A stretch of DNA of 64,000 bases. Source: the human T2T-CHM13v2.0 reference genome, Homo sapiens. The notes below the pieces were generated by a model. It worked only from the letters and a program-made list of their open reading frames with translations. It was not told the origin of the DNA and did not search any database. The translations under genes were made by a program, and so were the position numbers. Shown here one piece after another: positions 12,804 through 30,289 of this stretch. The number at the start of each line of letters is the position of its first letter. Position 1 is the stretch's first letter. The stretch lies in NCBI RefSeq assembly GCF_009914755.1, contig NC_060929.1; one strand, written 5' to 3'.

Positions 12804-13784
12804 AAGAAAAAGTACAGCAATATTAAGAGATACAGAAGATAAATATAACTAAAATTATACAGCTATAGGACTGTAAGAATAAAAGGGAGACAATTATCAA
12901 AGAAATAAAAAAAGAACATTTCCCAGACTTGGATTGGAAGAGTCTACTAAATGCCAGGCAGAATTAATGCAAAATCATCTTCTGATCTTATCTAGGTATT
13001 AATATGGCAAAGAACATAGGTCTTTACTGCCTAGCCACCCAAAAGTAATAAGAAGAATAAGAAACGGTAATGTCAACTCTATATCTGATGCAACTAGAAG
13101 ATATTTGAAACTAGAACAGAAAAAAAGTCTGCCAAAAGCAGTGAAGATCAAACAGAAATGTACAGAGCCAGCAGAATCCATGACTCTAACGTGAAGTGCA
13201 TAGCCTAAGATGAAAAATCAATAATCTCTTTGTTTGCAACAATGGAATGAGGTTCCGGTGGTGGGAACTTTTCTGGACAGTTTGGTACTGAGAAAAAGCT
13301 GAGGAAGCGGATTTGAGCAAGAAATATCATAAACTAATCATATTTTTCAGGAAGTAGTCTGTAGTTGAGGAAAGAGTGGGGGAGAGAGTCTGCATTGTGA
13401 CATCCCATTGGTGCTGATCTCAAGGAGGCTGCAGAGAAGCAAAACATAAAGTTTATTCACACACGTAGCACATAACCCTGTCTCATGAGGAGAGTTTCTG
13501 CTGACCATGAATACCATCTTGGCCTCTCTCATACAAAACTCCAGTAAATAGATAAGAACTCACCTTATTTAAAGTTGACCTAAAATAAAATAAAAACTAG
13601 CATAGGAACTGTAAAAAAAAGAAAAGATGGGAATACCCAGCCCCCGCCCCCGCAAAACAAATAGTAGATAAAGCATTCTCACCATAGAGCAAATAAAAGT
13701 TGAGACTAAACAAATTGTCATGAATTAAAAGAACACAAATCAGAAATATAGGCGTCAGGGAAGATAAGATAAAACATGAAGACA

Positions 13785-14131
<347 letters not shown>

Positions 14132-14225
14132 CTAGAGAGAAGTGAAAAGAATGTTAAAATTAGCGAAAGTGAACATGATGTACAAGCAGCACAAAGGAAA
14201 ACAGACATTGTTGAAAACACAGTGA

Positions 14226-14749
<524 letters not shown>

Positions 14750-14759
14750 GACAGAAACA

Positions 14760-15053
14760 ATTTTTTTGAAACAGGGTCTCACCCTGTCTCCCAGGCTGGA
14801 GTGCAGTGGCACCATCATAGCTCACTGTAACCTTAATCCCCCCAGGCTCAGGTGATCCTCCTGCCTCATCCTCCCAAGTAGCTGGGACCACAGGTAGTCC
14901 ACACCACCACCTCTGGCTAATTTTTTTTTTTTTAATAGAGATGGGGTCTCCCTATGTTGCCCAGGCTTGTCTCCAACTCCTGGGGTCAAACGAACCTCCT
15001 GCCTCAATCTCTTAAAGTGTTGAGAATACAGGAATGAGTCATCACACATGACC
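14760..15053 (-). mobile_element. Alu (J-type)
   Basis: Diverged dimeric Alu. Confidence 0.85.
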
Positions 15054-15082
15054 AAAATTTTTTAAAGTTAGAAAGAATTGAA

Positions 15083-15379
15083 AGCTGGGCATGGTGCCTC
15101 ATGCCTGTAATCCCAACACTTTGGAAGGCTGAAGCGGGCAGATCACTTGAGGTCCAGAGTTCGAGACTGGCCTGGCCAGCATGGCAAAACCCCGTCTCTA
15201 CTAAAACTACAAAAATTAGCTGGGCGCGGTTGCACGCACCTGTAATTCCAGCTACACAGGTGGCTGAGGCATGAGAATTGCTTGAACCCAGCAGGTGGAG
15301 GTTGCATTGAAACGAGATTGCACAGCTGTACTCCAGCCTGGGAGACAGAGCGAGACTCTGTCTCAAAAAAAAAAAAAAA
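15083..15379 (+). mobile_element. Alu (S-type)
   Basis: Full Alu with A tail. Confidence 0.9.
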
Positions 15380-15748
15380 ATCAAGGAAATAAAGTATGAC
15401 ACAATAATTGTACACCCAATTGACACTAGTCAAATTATCATTGAAATAAAAAGGCATCAGGAAACCATGCCATGTTTTACTTTATTTTACACATACTAGG
15501 ACCTTTGGGGGTGATGTTCATGTTTTTTCCTATCGAGCATATCCAATCCATCATGGTACCTTTAGTTATAGCCCTGTCCCTCAACCTTGATTTCACTACC
15601 ACCTTTTAACATTTGGGTAAAATGATTCTGATTTTTTTTTCCTTTTAATGTATATTTATTTGTTTTTTTTATTTTTCTGTTTTTCATGTTTCCAACAATA
15701 TTTATCTTTTTTTAAATAGGTAATACATTCACATAGAACAAAATCCAA

Positions 15749-16030
15749 GGCCAGCCGCGGTGGCTCATGCCTGTAATCCCAGCACTTTGGGAGGCTGAAG
15801 CAGGCAGATCACGAGGACAAGAGGTCAAGACCATCCTGGCCAACATGGTGAAACTCCGTCTCTACTAAAAATTACAAAAATTAGCTGGGCATGGTGGTGC
15901 ACACCTGTAGACCCGCTACTCGGGAGGCTGAGGCATCAGAATCCTTGAACCCGGGAGGCAGAGGTTGCAGTGAGCCGAGATCGCGCCACTGCACTCCAGC
16001 CTGGCGACAGGCGAGACTCTGTCTCAAATA
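15749..16030 (+). mobile_element. Alu (Sc-like)
   Basis: Full Alu body. Confidence 0.88.
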
Positions 16031-16139
16031 ACAAAATTCAAAAATTGCAAAAGATAATCTTTTAAATCCTGTAATCTAGTTCCCTTCTCCAAAGTATCAC
16101 TGTTACCAGTCTCTTACATATCCTTCCTTCCAGAGATAG

Positions 16140-16270
16140 GATATGTATATGAAGAAAATACATATCTAATATACATTGTGTATATGTATATATGTAATGT
16201 TTACGTATAGGTGTAAAATGTATATATGTGTATGCATACACATATATGTTACAAATACACATATATAGAG
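16140..16270. repeat. Degenerate (TA/TG/CA)n low-complexity tract
   Basis: Alternating purine-pyrimidine ATATGTATAT-type sequence. Confidence 0.7.
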
Positions 16271-16791
16271 ATTTTTAAAATGCCAATGGCAGTATATCAC
16301 GCATTTTGTCCCACACCTTGCCTTTTTCTATTTATTAGTATATCTTGAATCCAGTAGTGTGCTGGTACATGTTTTTAACAACCAGCTGTCTTGCCCCTTT
16401 TAGCCTATTCTCCACATAGCAGCCAGGATAATCCTAAACATTAGGTTATGACACTGCTCAGCTAAAAGCCCTCTGATGACTTCCCATCACTCTTAGAATA
16501 CCACCTGAGGTTTTTCTATGACCTATAAGGCCCTAGCTGATTTGGCCCAACTCCAACTCCATTCTTTTACCACATTCCCTACAACTATTACCCACTCATT
16601 CTGCTCAAGCCATACCAACCTCATCTGTTTTTCTGTGTGCTTTTTCTTCTGCCTGGTAGGTTTTGTCTGGTAGACATCACAAGATTTGTTTCCTTCATTT
16701 CATTCACCTCCTCAGATTGATTTTCATTAAACTTTAATAGGACCCCCATCACTTCCAGTTCTTCTTAATATTAATAGTTTATAATAATAAT

Positions 16792-17395
<604 letters not shown>

Positions 17396-17590
17396 ATTGT
17401 TTTACATATTTTAACTCATTTAGTCTTTACAGCAACTCTTTGAGGTAGATACTATATTATCCCCACTTTACAGACGTGCAAACTGAGTCATACAAATGAT
17501 TAAATAACCTCCCTAAGGTTACAAAGCTCATAAGTATCAGAGCCAGGATTAAAATCCAGGCAGTTTAATTCCAGAGCCATATTCTATATG
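17396..17590 (-). mobile_element. MIR
   Basis: TATTATCCCCACTTTACAGA...AAACTGAG MIR core. Confidence 0.7.
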
Positions 17591-18636
17591 GTCATCTCAT
17601 CTGCTATATATTTTTTAAAAAGTAGTTGTTAAATTGGCAAATAAAAATCTTATATATTTATCATGTGCAACATGTTATTTCGAAATAAGTATACATTGTG
17701 AAATAGCTAAATCGAGCTAATTAATACATTACCTCACATACTTATAATTTTTTTGTGGTAAGAAAACTTAAAATCTACTCTCAACAAATTTTAAGAATAC
17801 AATACCTTGGTTTTAACTATAGTCACCATATTGTGTCATAGATTTTCTGATCTCATCTGCTATTTTTAAACAAGACATTATACTGCTCTTGCCCTGCTTT
17901 ATTTTTGTAACATAGCACTTACCACTATGCTATGTATCTACTGACATTTCAGATATTATACTATGTGTCTACTTGTTTGTGTTATTTTTGCCTATCATCC
18001 CTACTGGGATTTAAGATCTCTGAGAGCAGAATTCAACTTTTCTTCACTGCTGTCTATCACACACCTAAAACAGTGCCAAAACACTATAGGTGCTTGTTGA
18101 ATGGATGAATGAATGGACATCTATATCTGTAAAGCTATACATACTCCCCCCACCAATATGGAAGCCCCTGTATAAACTGAAAAGTAAGAGATGATGTATT
18201 TTTAAGAGTAAAGAAAGAATGATGAATTCTTCCTCCGACTATGATCACCAACACAAACACATGCACCTGCAAAAAAGAGAAAAAAAGAAAAAAACAAGAA
18301 AGCATCTACAAAGAACAGTACAAAGCTCTTTGGACAAGATATAAATTACTCAATTTGAAGGATGTATCACTCAGGAAATATGTCGGAAAAAAGAAATATG
18401 AGATTATACAGAAGGTAATGGTTTTGCAACTTTCTTTTTTTGGAGGAGATATATTTGAAGACAGCTTTGAATAAATGGAAATAAGTGGTTTTAGCTGGCA
18501 TGTGGGAAGTAGGAAGGAAAAAATAACATACATTTTCTGGACCTAAATGAAAAAAATAACTAGTTGGTGACAGTTTGTTCTTGAAACACTATAAAGAAAA
18601 GTGTATAAAGGCAGATAACATCCAGTGGGATTTTAA

Positions 18637-19026
<390 letters not shown>

Positions 19027-19261
19027 TAATGAGAACTCTGTGGCCTTAAGGATTTTTATAAAGAACATTACAACCATTTCTACAGGCTGATATGGTTTTC
19101 TGTTTCCTTCTGTCTACAAAAGGGAGTGGTTTTTAATACAATTACCAAATGTCCTGTTTAAGGTAGGTCAGCCTTAGATTTTGATTAGAATCTGAAATTT
19201 TGAACAGTTATATTTCTTGCGTGTTTCAGGATTAACAATGAAGAGAGAAGAGACTTTTTAA

Positions 19262-19582
<321 letters not shown>

Positions 19583-19752
19583 TCCTTGACATTTTTATAG
19601 GATTCTTACTAGTTAGCATTTATATTTACCTAAAGCACCTAGTTAGGGAGAAGGTAACCAAGAAAGGGACCTCTTTATGGAAAGAATGTGGAAACTGAGG
19701 AAGACCAGATCCACCAGTTAAAAACAAAAACCTGTAAATAAAATCCCTGGGT

Positions 19753-20093
<341 letters not shown>

Positions 20094-21176
20094 TCACCCT
20101 TCACCATTCCTCGTCTTTTGACCTGTTTTGTTGCTTGAGGCATCGCTTCCTCCATAACACTTTATTCATACCTCTCTTGTACTCCTAAATTAACAGTAGT
20201 TTCCCATTTACTTGTTGTATGACCTTGAGCAACTCATCTAATCTCCTAGATCATATTTTCTCATTTGTAAAATTGGGGTAATCGTTGTGACCTCACAGGG
20301 TTAGTATGATGATTCAATGAGATAATACATGAAGGATGCTTTTAATATGCAGAACTACAATAACCTATAGTTCTTATTTTTTCCAACCAATTGACCAATA
20401 ACCTATTAGACTTACTAGAAATCCAGAAACACCCTCTTAGAACTCCACTTTTATTCTGGATCTCATATTCTTTCCTCTACTCAAGGACTTCATCTCTATA
20501 ATTCTCTCTCTTTTCCCCCCTCTTTGGTTCATCCTCTCTGGAACTCAAATTGCTTTATTACATCTCATCTTAATGCTTACTCCCTCCCTTTTATCACTTG
20601 TTCTCTTCAATACCTGCCTATTTTGCTGCTTCATTTCATAGCAAAACTTCTTGAAGGAATTGTTTATACTTTTTGTCCTTACTTCCTCTTCTCTCTTCAA
20701 CCCACTTCATTCAGATTTATGTCTCCACCCCTTCAAAGAATCAACACTTGCCAAGGCCACTTCCAACTGGCTAAATCCAATGGTCATTTCTCAGTATTTG
20801 TCATGCATCAATCACTTCTTAAAACACTCTCTACTCTTGGCTTGAATGTCATCTCTTTTTCTTGGTGTTCTACTTTACATTAATCTCTTTTCCTGGCTTA
20901 TCCACTTCTCCTAACCTCTAAATGTAGGAGTGCCCCAGGGCTTTTTCCTCAGTTCCACAGGCTCTCTATCTCCCTCCCTTCCTCTCTCCCCTTTCTTTCT
21001 ATGTGATCTCATCAAATCTCCTCTATTCATGCCAATGACCCTCCAGTTTACGTCTTGAATCCAACCTCTGTCCTGGGCTCCAGAATCATATATCCAATTG
21101 CCTGATAGACATTTCTACTTGTATTTCCATTAGGCCCTTCAAATTTAACAAGTCCAAAGTAGAACCACTGAGTTCT

Positions 21177-21528
<352 letters not shown>

Positions 21529-21675
21529 CTATCGTTGTGGCACCATTCACTATACACCTAGTTGTTCAGGCACAACTTCTAGGATCATCTTTGATTTCTT
21601 TCCTTCCCGCCCTAAATCCAATCCATTAGCAAGCTCTGTCAGCTTTACCTTCCAAGTAGAGCTTGAGCCTGATAA

Positions 21676-22120
<445 letters not shown>

Positions 22121-23285
22121 TAAAACATAAATCAGATATCATTCTGCTGCTTTCAAATCCTCCATTGGCTTCCTATGGTGCTTAGATTACAAACTAGCCT
22201 CTCTCTGACTTGACTCTGCTTTCCTGTCTGATTTCATTTCTGTTCTTCTTCCGTTTGATCACTGCACTCCAGCCAAACTGGCCCCCTTTTCATTTACTTG
22301 AACAAATCAAGCTCACTGCTACTTCTGGACCTTATTGTTGTTGCTTTAATGTGGACTACTCTGCAGATCTTTGCATGGCTACTTCCTTTAGCTCATTCAG
22401 GTCTCTGCTCAAATGTCATGTCCTCAGGGAGGCCTTTTTGACCATTCTAGGTAAAGAAGAAGCCCCCTCTCCCTACTACAACCTATGTCAATTATACTGC
22501 AAGGCATGTATCACTATCCCAAAAGATATCATTTATTTAAATCCTTTTGGTCTGTCTCTGTACACTTAAGTGCCATGAAAGCAGCACAATTATTTGTCTC
22601 ATTCACCATTGTATCACCAGTGTCTAGAAGAGGGCCTAGCTCAATACAGGTGTTCAATAAATGTTTGTTAGATAAACAGTGAATAGGACCACTGGTACAC
22701 TGTGTTCTGTTGAAATCTGGTGCTACAAGGTGTACAGAAAGTGCTGGTCCATTGGTGACTCATATTCAGTGGCTCTTCAGGGGAGTAGCTCTTCAAGTCC
22801 ACTTCCTCCATTCTTAGCTAAGCCAAGGGTGCTTCTTGCTTGGGCTCCTATTATTACAATTTCTAGTGCCCTGTTCTTCATAAGCATCCATCTCCTAGGG
22901 AGCTAGCTGGCTCCAGGACTGAGTTTCAGAAGTTGCTCTGGACTCTACTATTCCATGGACCCCCAAATCAGTGTGCTAATGGAGGATACCCTGGGTGAAT
23001 CCAAGGCAGTTTCCTGTCACTTTCCTTGCAGAAAGAAAGGAGGGAGTTGAAGGGAAAAGGAGAGAAGGAAAGAAAGAAGGAAAATACAATAAAAATACAA
23101 ATTACATTTCTTTGTGGTTACGTTTTGGAACAGTGATTCATTAATTAATGCATTTAACAAATGTGTATTGCTTGCCAACTATGCGTCAGGCACTCTTCTA
23201 TGCACATTATTGCTATAATTGCCATGATCTCTATCATCTTCATCATACGTCTATATTAGACTGTGAATTTCTCAAAGGCAGAGAT

Positions 23286-23578
23286 GGCCAGGCATGGTGG
23301 CTCACACCTGTAATTCCAGCATTTTAGGAGGCCAAGACGAGAGGATTACTTGAGCCCAGGAGTTCAAGACCAGCCTGACAACATAGGGGGATGCCATCTC
23401 TACAAAAAATAAAAAATTAGGTGGGCATGGTGGTGTGCGCCTGTGGTCCCAGCTATTAGGGAAGCATAAGTAGGAAGGCTTGCTTGAGACCAGGAGGTTG
23501 AAGTTGCAGTGACTTACGATTGCGCCACTGTACTCCAGCCTGGACAACACAGCAAGACCCTGTCTCAAAAAAAAAAAG
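23286..23578 (+). mobile_element. Alu (J-type)
   Basis: Diverged full Alu. Confidence 0.88.
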
Positions 23579-23828
23579 CAAGCAGAGACAATCTTTTCAT
23601 TGTAACAAGTGCATAGTAAATGTCTACTGCCTGAATGAATGAAACAGAGGAGAGAGTTAATGAAAGACATTAAAGAAGATTAGGCCCAGTTACATTTATA
23701 TTCAGACAAAAACATAGAACGATTGTTCTTTAAATTGTACAATGTTATTATATTAAATTTTAAATGTCTTCCATGTTTTACATTTGTCTATTTAACATAC
23801 TTTTTTTTTTTTTTTTTACATATTTGTA

Positions 23829-24555
<727 letters not shown>

Positions 24556-25819
24556 TGAGTGTTTCTACATTATCATTATCTTCATGGCTTTCTGTAATTT
24601 AGTAATTTCTCTTATTTTTGAAGCATTGTTGGGTTCCCTGTGGTCACTAGCAATGCAGACCCTGGAACAACTGGTCAGGTGTTTGTGCTTCTTCCACAAA
24701 TGACAAAATGAAGGAGCACCCGGGAAAGTACATCTCATTCTGGAGGAAGAGATGGCACCACATGAGGAGCAGGCAGGGAGTCAATCCCAGGTGCACTTAG
24801 GAGAGAAGAAAGGCACATCCACCTGGTAAGCCGCTCTGAAATGAGTAGCGTGCAGGGTGATGTTGAGCTCTATTCTGCAGTTCGATCAACATGCTTCTAC
24901 CTCTCGGCCCTCACATAGCAGCCTGCCTGGCTGCCATCTGCCAAGCTTTTGCTTTCCTTTCTGTTTTGCATAAGGCTTTTGCTTTTAATATGCTGCTACT
25001 GAGTACAGAAAAACAAGAGCGTACCAGACTTCAGGGATCTGCCTGTTTCTTTTCTGCCTTTTAATAGAGCTTAGCTCTTTTGCCACTTGTTATTGTCAAG
25101 TACAACATGAGTTCAGAGAAAGAACACTGCACCTGACCGGGGATGGATGCCACGCCTTGAAGAAATTGGCAGGAAACAGAAGAGGTTTATAGGATCTTCT
25201 CTTCTGCCACTCCCATCTTGGAAACAAGTGGAAGTACATTTGCAAAATTATATTGAAAAAAATGAGAAAATGCATTTTTCTTTATAGTCAACCCTTCTGA
25301 CATGGACCTAGTTTCAAATGAAGTTATGAGGAAATGGCCCTTATGACTAAATGTTGATTCATGTGCTGTGAGCTGTGAACCCAGGATGAGAAATGGGAGG
25401 AAATCAAACTAAGGAATGGAAAGGGGGAAGTGCTCTGGGTGCCTTGCCTAAGAGACTGAACCCTCAAATCTTGGAAATAAACCATATTTTGTAAACCAGA
25501 TAATTTAGACTTAGGTTATTTTGTGTGTCTCTTATTTGGTATCATTTATCAAGTTATGTTTTAAAAGTCTATAGCTTTGGGCTATAACATATATGCTTAG
25601 GCCAGAGTTTAATGGGGATCAACAGCATCCCTGGAAGCCTATATCTCTTCAGCAGGTATCGAGAGAGATCCTAAGAGAAAGATGATTCTGGTAGCGGTGA
25701 CACCCAAAAATCAAAGTCCAAATTGAGTAGGGGCTCCTTTCCAACAGGCAATCTCTTGCTACAGTAAATCTTGGATGTTATTTAAATTTTATTTTATTTT
25801 TATTTCACAAAGTACACTA

Positions 25820-26134
<315 letters not shown>

Positions 26135-26268
26135 TTAAGAAGTACACTCAAGCCCACAAGAATTCTTTTGAATATATTTAAAGTAACATGAGAAAATTAA
26201 ATAAAAAACTTAAATAATGATATTTTCTACAAACTCTAGGATCAAGCACCAATTAAAGAGGATGAGTA

Positions 26269-26591
<323 letters not shown>

Positions 26592-28429
26592 TTATTACAT
26601 ATTCAAGGTCTCATCTACCTTGACATTTCTATGATAGATGTCATCATTCATTCATTCACTGAACATTTACTGACTCTTAAGTGACAGGTATTATAGGCAG
26701 TGACTTGTACACTGTTGTTATCTATGTTGGTTTTTAATAATTTCAAAATGAAATACATTTTGATAAGCAAAGTCTAAGAGAGTGTGGCACAAACACTTTA
26801 ACGCATATAAGCTCGGTGGCTCATGCCTGTAACCCCACCCAGCACTACCCACTCAGGAGCTTATCTATGCTCTGCCAGAATGTATGTTCATCCCTGGAAA
26901 CCTCACTTGAGAGTGCAGAAGGAGGCTGATACCATCCACGCTCTTCCTATACTACACAGTCTTGTCTGAAATTTAGTCACCTTAATCACTGTTTACTATA
27001 AAGTTCCACAACTTAAACATCAGGCAATTACAGGATATGGTGTTTCGGCCCTAATGAACCTTGCAAATACCTGAAATACTCAGAATACTTATTTTCATTC
27101 CAGATCTACTCCTAAATTTAAGGGGAGCAGAAGAATGCGAATGAAGGCCAGTAACTATTGTGAATACTATACTAAATTGTCTGTAGGTAATAGCCACACA
27201 TTGGAACACTAACAAAAGGAAAATGTATGCTTGATACTACTGAGAAACAATACTTTGTCATGCAGGAATCTATAGCATTCAAGCTGAGATGAAGGATTTG
27301 ACAAGTTAATTTGTCTTCTCTCTTACCTAAGCATTTCTGCTGCTCAAATTCTGACTCCAAAGCAGTCTCTGAAATGGGCAGCCATGCTATGTACAAATTT
27401 TCACTGCTTTTGGAGTTCACCGTTTGTTTTGAGGACAGAAGACAAAAGATAGGAAGAAGAGTTTTCCTGGGGCCTGAATAGTGTTCTTCACTGGGAGAGG
27501 GAATTTATGGTTATGAGCCAGTGTTCAGTATCAGATCACAAGCGGCAGGGGCACCTATTTTTTTTTAAATTAATGTGTGTGTGTGATATGTAAGTTCCTT
27601 TAAAGCATGGAGTCCAGGATAGAAGTCTCTCTTGCCCAGGTCTAAGGGTGCGGGGGGAAGGGGGGGGGCGCGGCGGTGGGAGGGAGTACTTTAGTGATAC
27701 TAGGAATTTAATGCCAAATGTATTTGCTGTGTGACCTAGATGGCTGAATTTTTTAAAAAGTTCTTCAGCATCGAGAAAAATCCAGTTAGACCGATAGCTT
27801 AGAGAGCTGTAGCTTATTTCTAAATTTGACTTTCCCTAAAACTAAGTGTAAATGTCAGTGATATGAGGACTTTTTAAAGAAACAAAATAAAGAAACAAGA
27901 TACACAAAAATAGAGCAACTATGGCCAATCTTGTTTCATCCCTTTTCATCTATGACCTTACTCATACCCCTATCCATAATAAATGACTTTCAGCAAATCC
28001 TAGATGTTCTGCATCCTATATCTTTCTAACAGATATTCTTAAAAAGTATGACCACAATACCATTATCCAATTATTCCTTGTTCAACAAGCACTTACAATT
28101 TCATCCATGTGAAAGGCACCTCATGATTTTTACTTGAGGATGAAGATAATTTCTCATGAATTCTCATTGTTTTAAGTCACCTGAAGAGGTGTGATATGCT
28201 ACAATAAATCTATTTGTAGGGCTTGGCTTCAAGAACTGAAGATTCTGGACCTAGCTGATCTGGTGACAGTGAACTTGAGACCTCTAATAGCGTTTAACTA
28301 TTTTTTTTTAACTTTTGGAAAGCAAGGTGTAGGAAGGGGATTTAGTTTTTCCATTAGGTCGTGGCATGTTAAGACTTGTTTCTTTTTCCAAAATGTTCAA
28401 GTTGCTGAAGAGAACTATGGACTATGGGT

Positions 28430-29780
28430 CAGGAAGTCCGTCGGTTTCGGGTCACATTCCGCTCCCGCAGGCCTGCGGGCCGCCCCAGCTGGTTTGTTCC
28501 CGGCGTGTTAGAGGTCAGAGGCCGAGGCCGCACTCAGTGCCTGGGTCTCGCGCAGCTCCAGGGCTCTCAGGCGACACTGGGCGTTTCCTTTCCGGCTTCG
28601 GAAAGTTTTGTTTTGGTTCAAGGAAAGGCGCCCTGTTGACCAAAGGCTTCTCAGTCTCCTCCGGGTGGCCAGCGGCCAAGTTTCCTCCAGCCCAGCGAGT
28701 CCAGACTATAGTCCGTTCGAGATCCTCGAAGGCCGGGGAAGCGAGTCTTGTGAGGAGAGAAAGCGAGTGGGCAGCCAGCCTGCCGACTCCACTGCCGCTG
28801 GCTGGCCCTTCTCTTCCCTCTGTCCCTGGGCCAGTGCCCGTCGCACCACAAACAGTGCGAGCAGTCTCCCCGGTGACTCCTCAAGGACCCAGTTCTCCAC
28901 CATTCCTAAGAGAACACTCAACCCAGCCGCGCCCGGGATGCAGAGAGATCTACCAACACCCGAGAATGGGGACAGGGCGCATGCGCACACCGTGGCCGTG
29001 GCGTCTAAGTGCTCGCCCAGCTGCGGCAGCCGCTAGGTGGCGCATGCGCCCTGGAAGGTGCGGGCCGGTCTCTGGGAAGAAGGCGGCGGCGGCGAAAGGC
29101 GGGGGTGCTGTGGGGGCCGGGCCGTGTTTACACAGCGGCGGGCGGGCGCGGACGCGGAACCCGGCGCGGCGGCGGCACGATGGTCATGGCGTATTTCGTC
29201 GAGAATTTTTGGGTAAGCTTAGGATGTTGGAAGTCGTGTGTTTCGAAGTCCAAGGCTTTTGGCGCCTGAGCTTGGCCTGCGTGCGCTTCGGGCGGCGGCG
29301 GCGGCGGCCCCTCCGGCAGGGCGAGCGTCCTCCTGCCGCGTCCCGCCTGGGTGAGGTCCGGCGGGCGACCGGTCGCCAGCCTATAGGGACTCCCGGGCTC
29401 GCAGCCCTATGGGGACGGGGGCTGTCACCGCGGCCCGGGGGCCCGCAGCGGGGCCGCCGGCCACCGGGGCTGGGACAAAGCGCCGGATGGGGCGGGAGAC
29501 GGGACCCAGCCCCACCGGAGGCTCCCGGTGCCGCGCTCCGCGCGGGGCGTGCGCGGCAGCTCGGACGCGAAGGACGGGCCCGCGGCACAGCCGCCTCCCG
29601 CTGCGCGCTGGCTGGGAGCGCCGGGCGGTGGGGTTTTGCCTCCTGCCCTCACCGCGGGCCCCCCATCTGAGCGATCCCTTTTACCTCTGACGGTTTCCAC
29701 ACCAAATCCAGTGCGGGGTTGGGCTGGACTAGCGCTTCCTCTCAGCCTCGCAGCTCGGCTCGTGGGTTTGCGCCCAGGAC
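28430..29780. promoter_or_regulatory. FCHO2: CpG-island promoter of FCHO2
   Basis: Abrupt rise in GC and CpG density around exon 1; NRF1 palindromes GCGCATGCGC at 28977-28986 and 29040-29049; CTCF-like CCGCTAGGTGGCGC at 29030-29043; ETS-like GGAA cores. Confidence 0.9.
29180..29212 (+). CDS. FCHO2: FCHO2 coding exon 1 (MVMAYFVENFW)
   Basis: ACGATGG Kozak context, recognised FCHO2 N-terminus, donor GTAAGC at 29213 (phase 0). Confidence 0.95.
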
Positions 29781-30289
29781 TTTGCCTCTGGGCCTGTTCA
29801 CAAAGCGTTTAAAAGTTGGATTTAATGTAACTGGACTCCTTGGGCTTAAATGCATGGAGACCTCCCCCTACTCTGTGCTCCTTCCCCTTCCTCATTCTTT
29901 CCACCCCTTGTCTTAGCTCAGTATTAGATTCTTCTTTGAGAATTTCTCCGGCTCCCGGTGGAGTATTTTTCTGCAGTTATTGTTTTTTTTTTTGTAATGG
30001 GAAGTACAGTTCAGCCATGTACAGGAAAGGAACGTGTTTACTCAGGTATCTTTCGTGAATCCCATTTTATGCCCTGACAGTTGCAAGTACTGCAGGTCCA
30101 TTTTCGTTGAGATTTAGACATATTTAAAGGGGTAATCTTTTAGCTAGTAAGGAATGTATGTTAAATTCTTAATTCTAAGTGCCTCAAGCATGGTCTTGGT
30201 TAGTAATCAGATCAGTTCATAGTTATTTATTTGTCTTGAATGTACCTTGTTTTCCACAAAGAACGTATATACTAGACCTTAGGTGTTTT

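Noticed and set aside
24610-25260. Unique, moderately GC-rich stretch with a CTG|GTAAGC donor-like site (possible lncRNA exon or enhancer)
   Set aside because: No ORF, partner exon or motif cluster can be supported from sequence alone.
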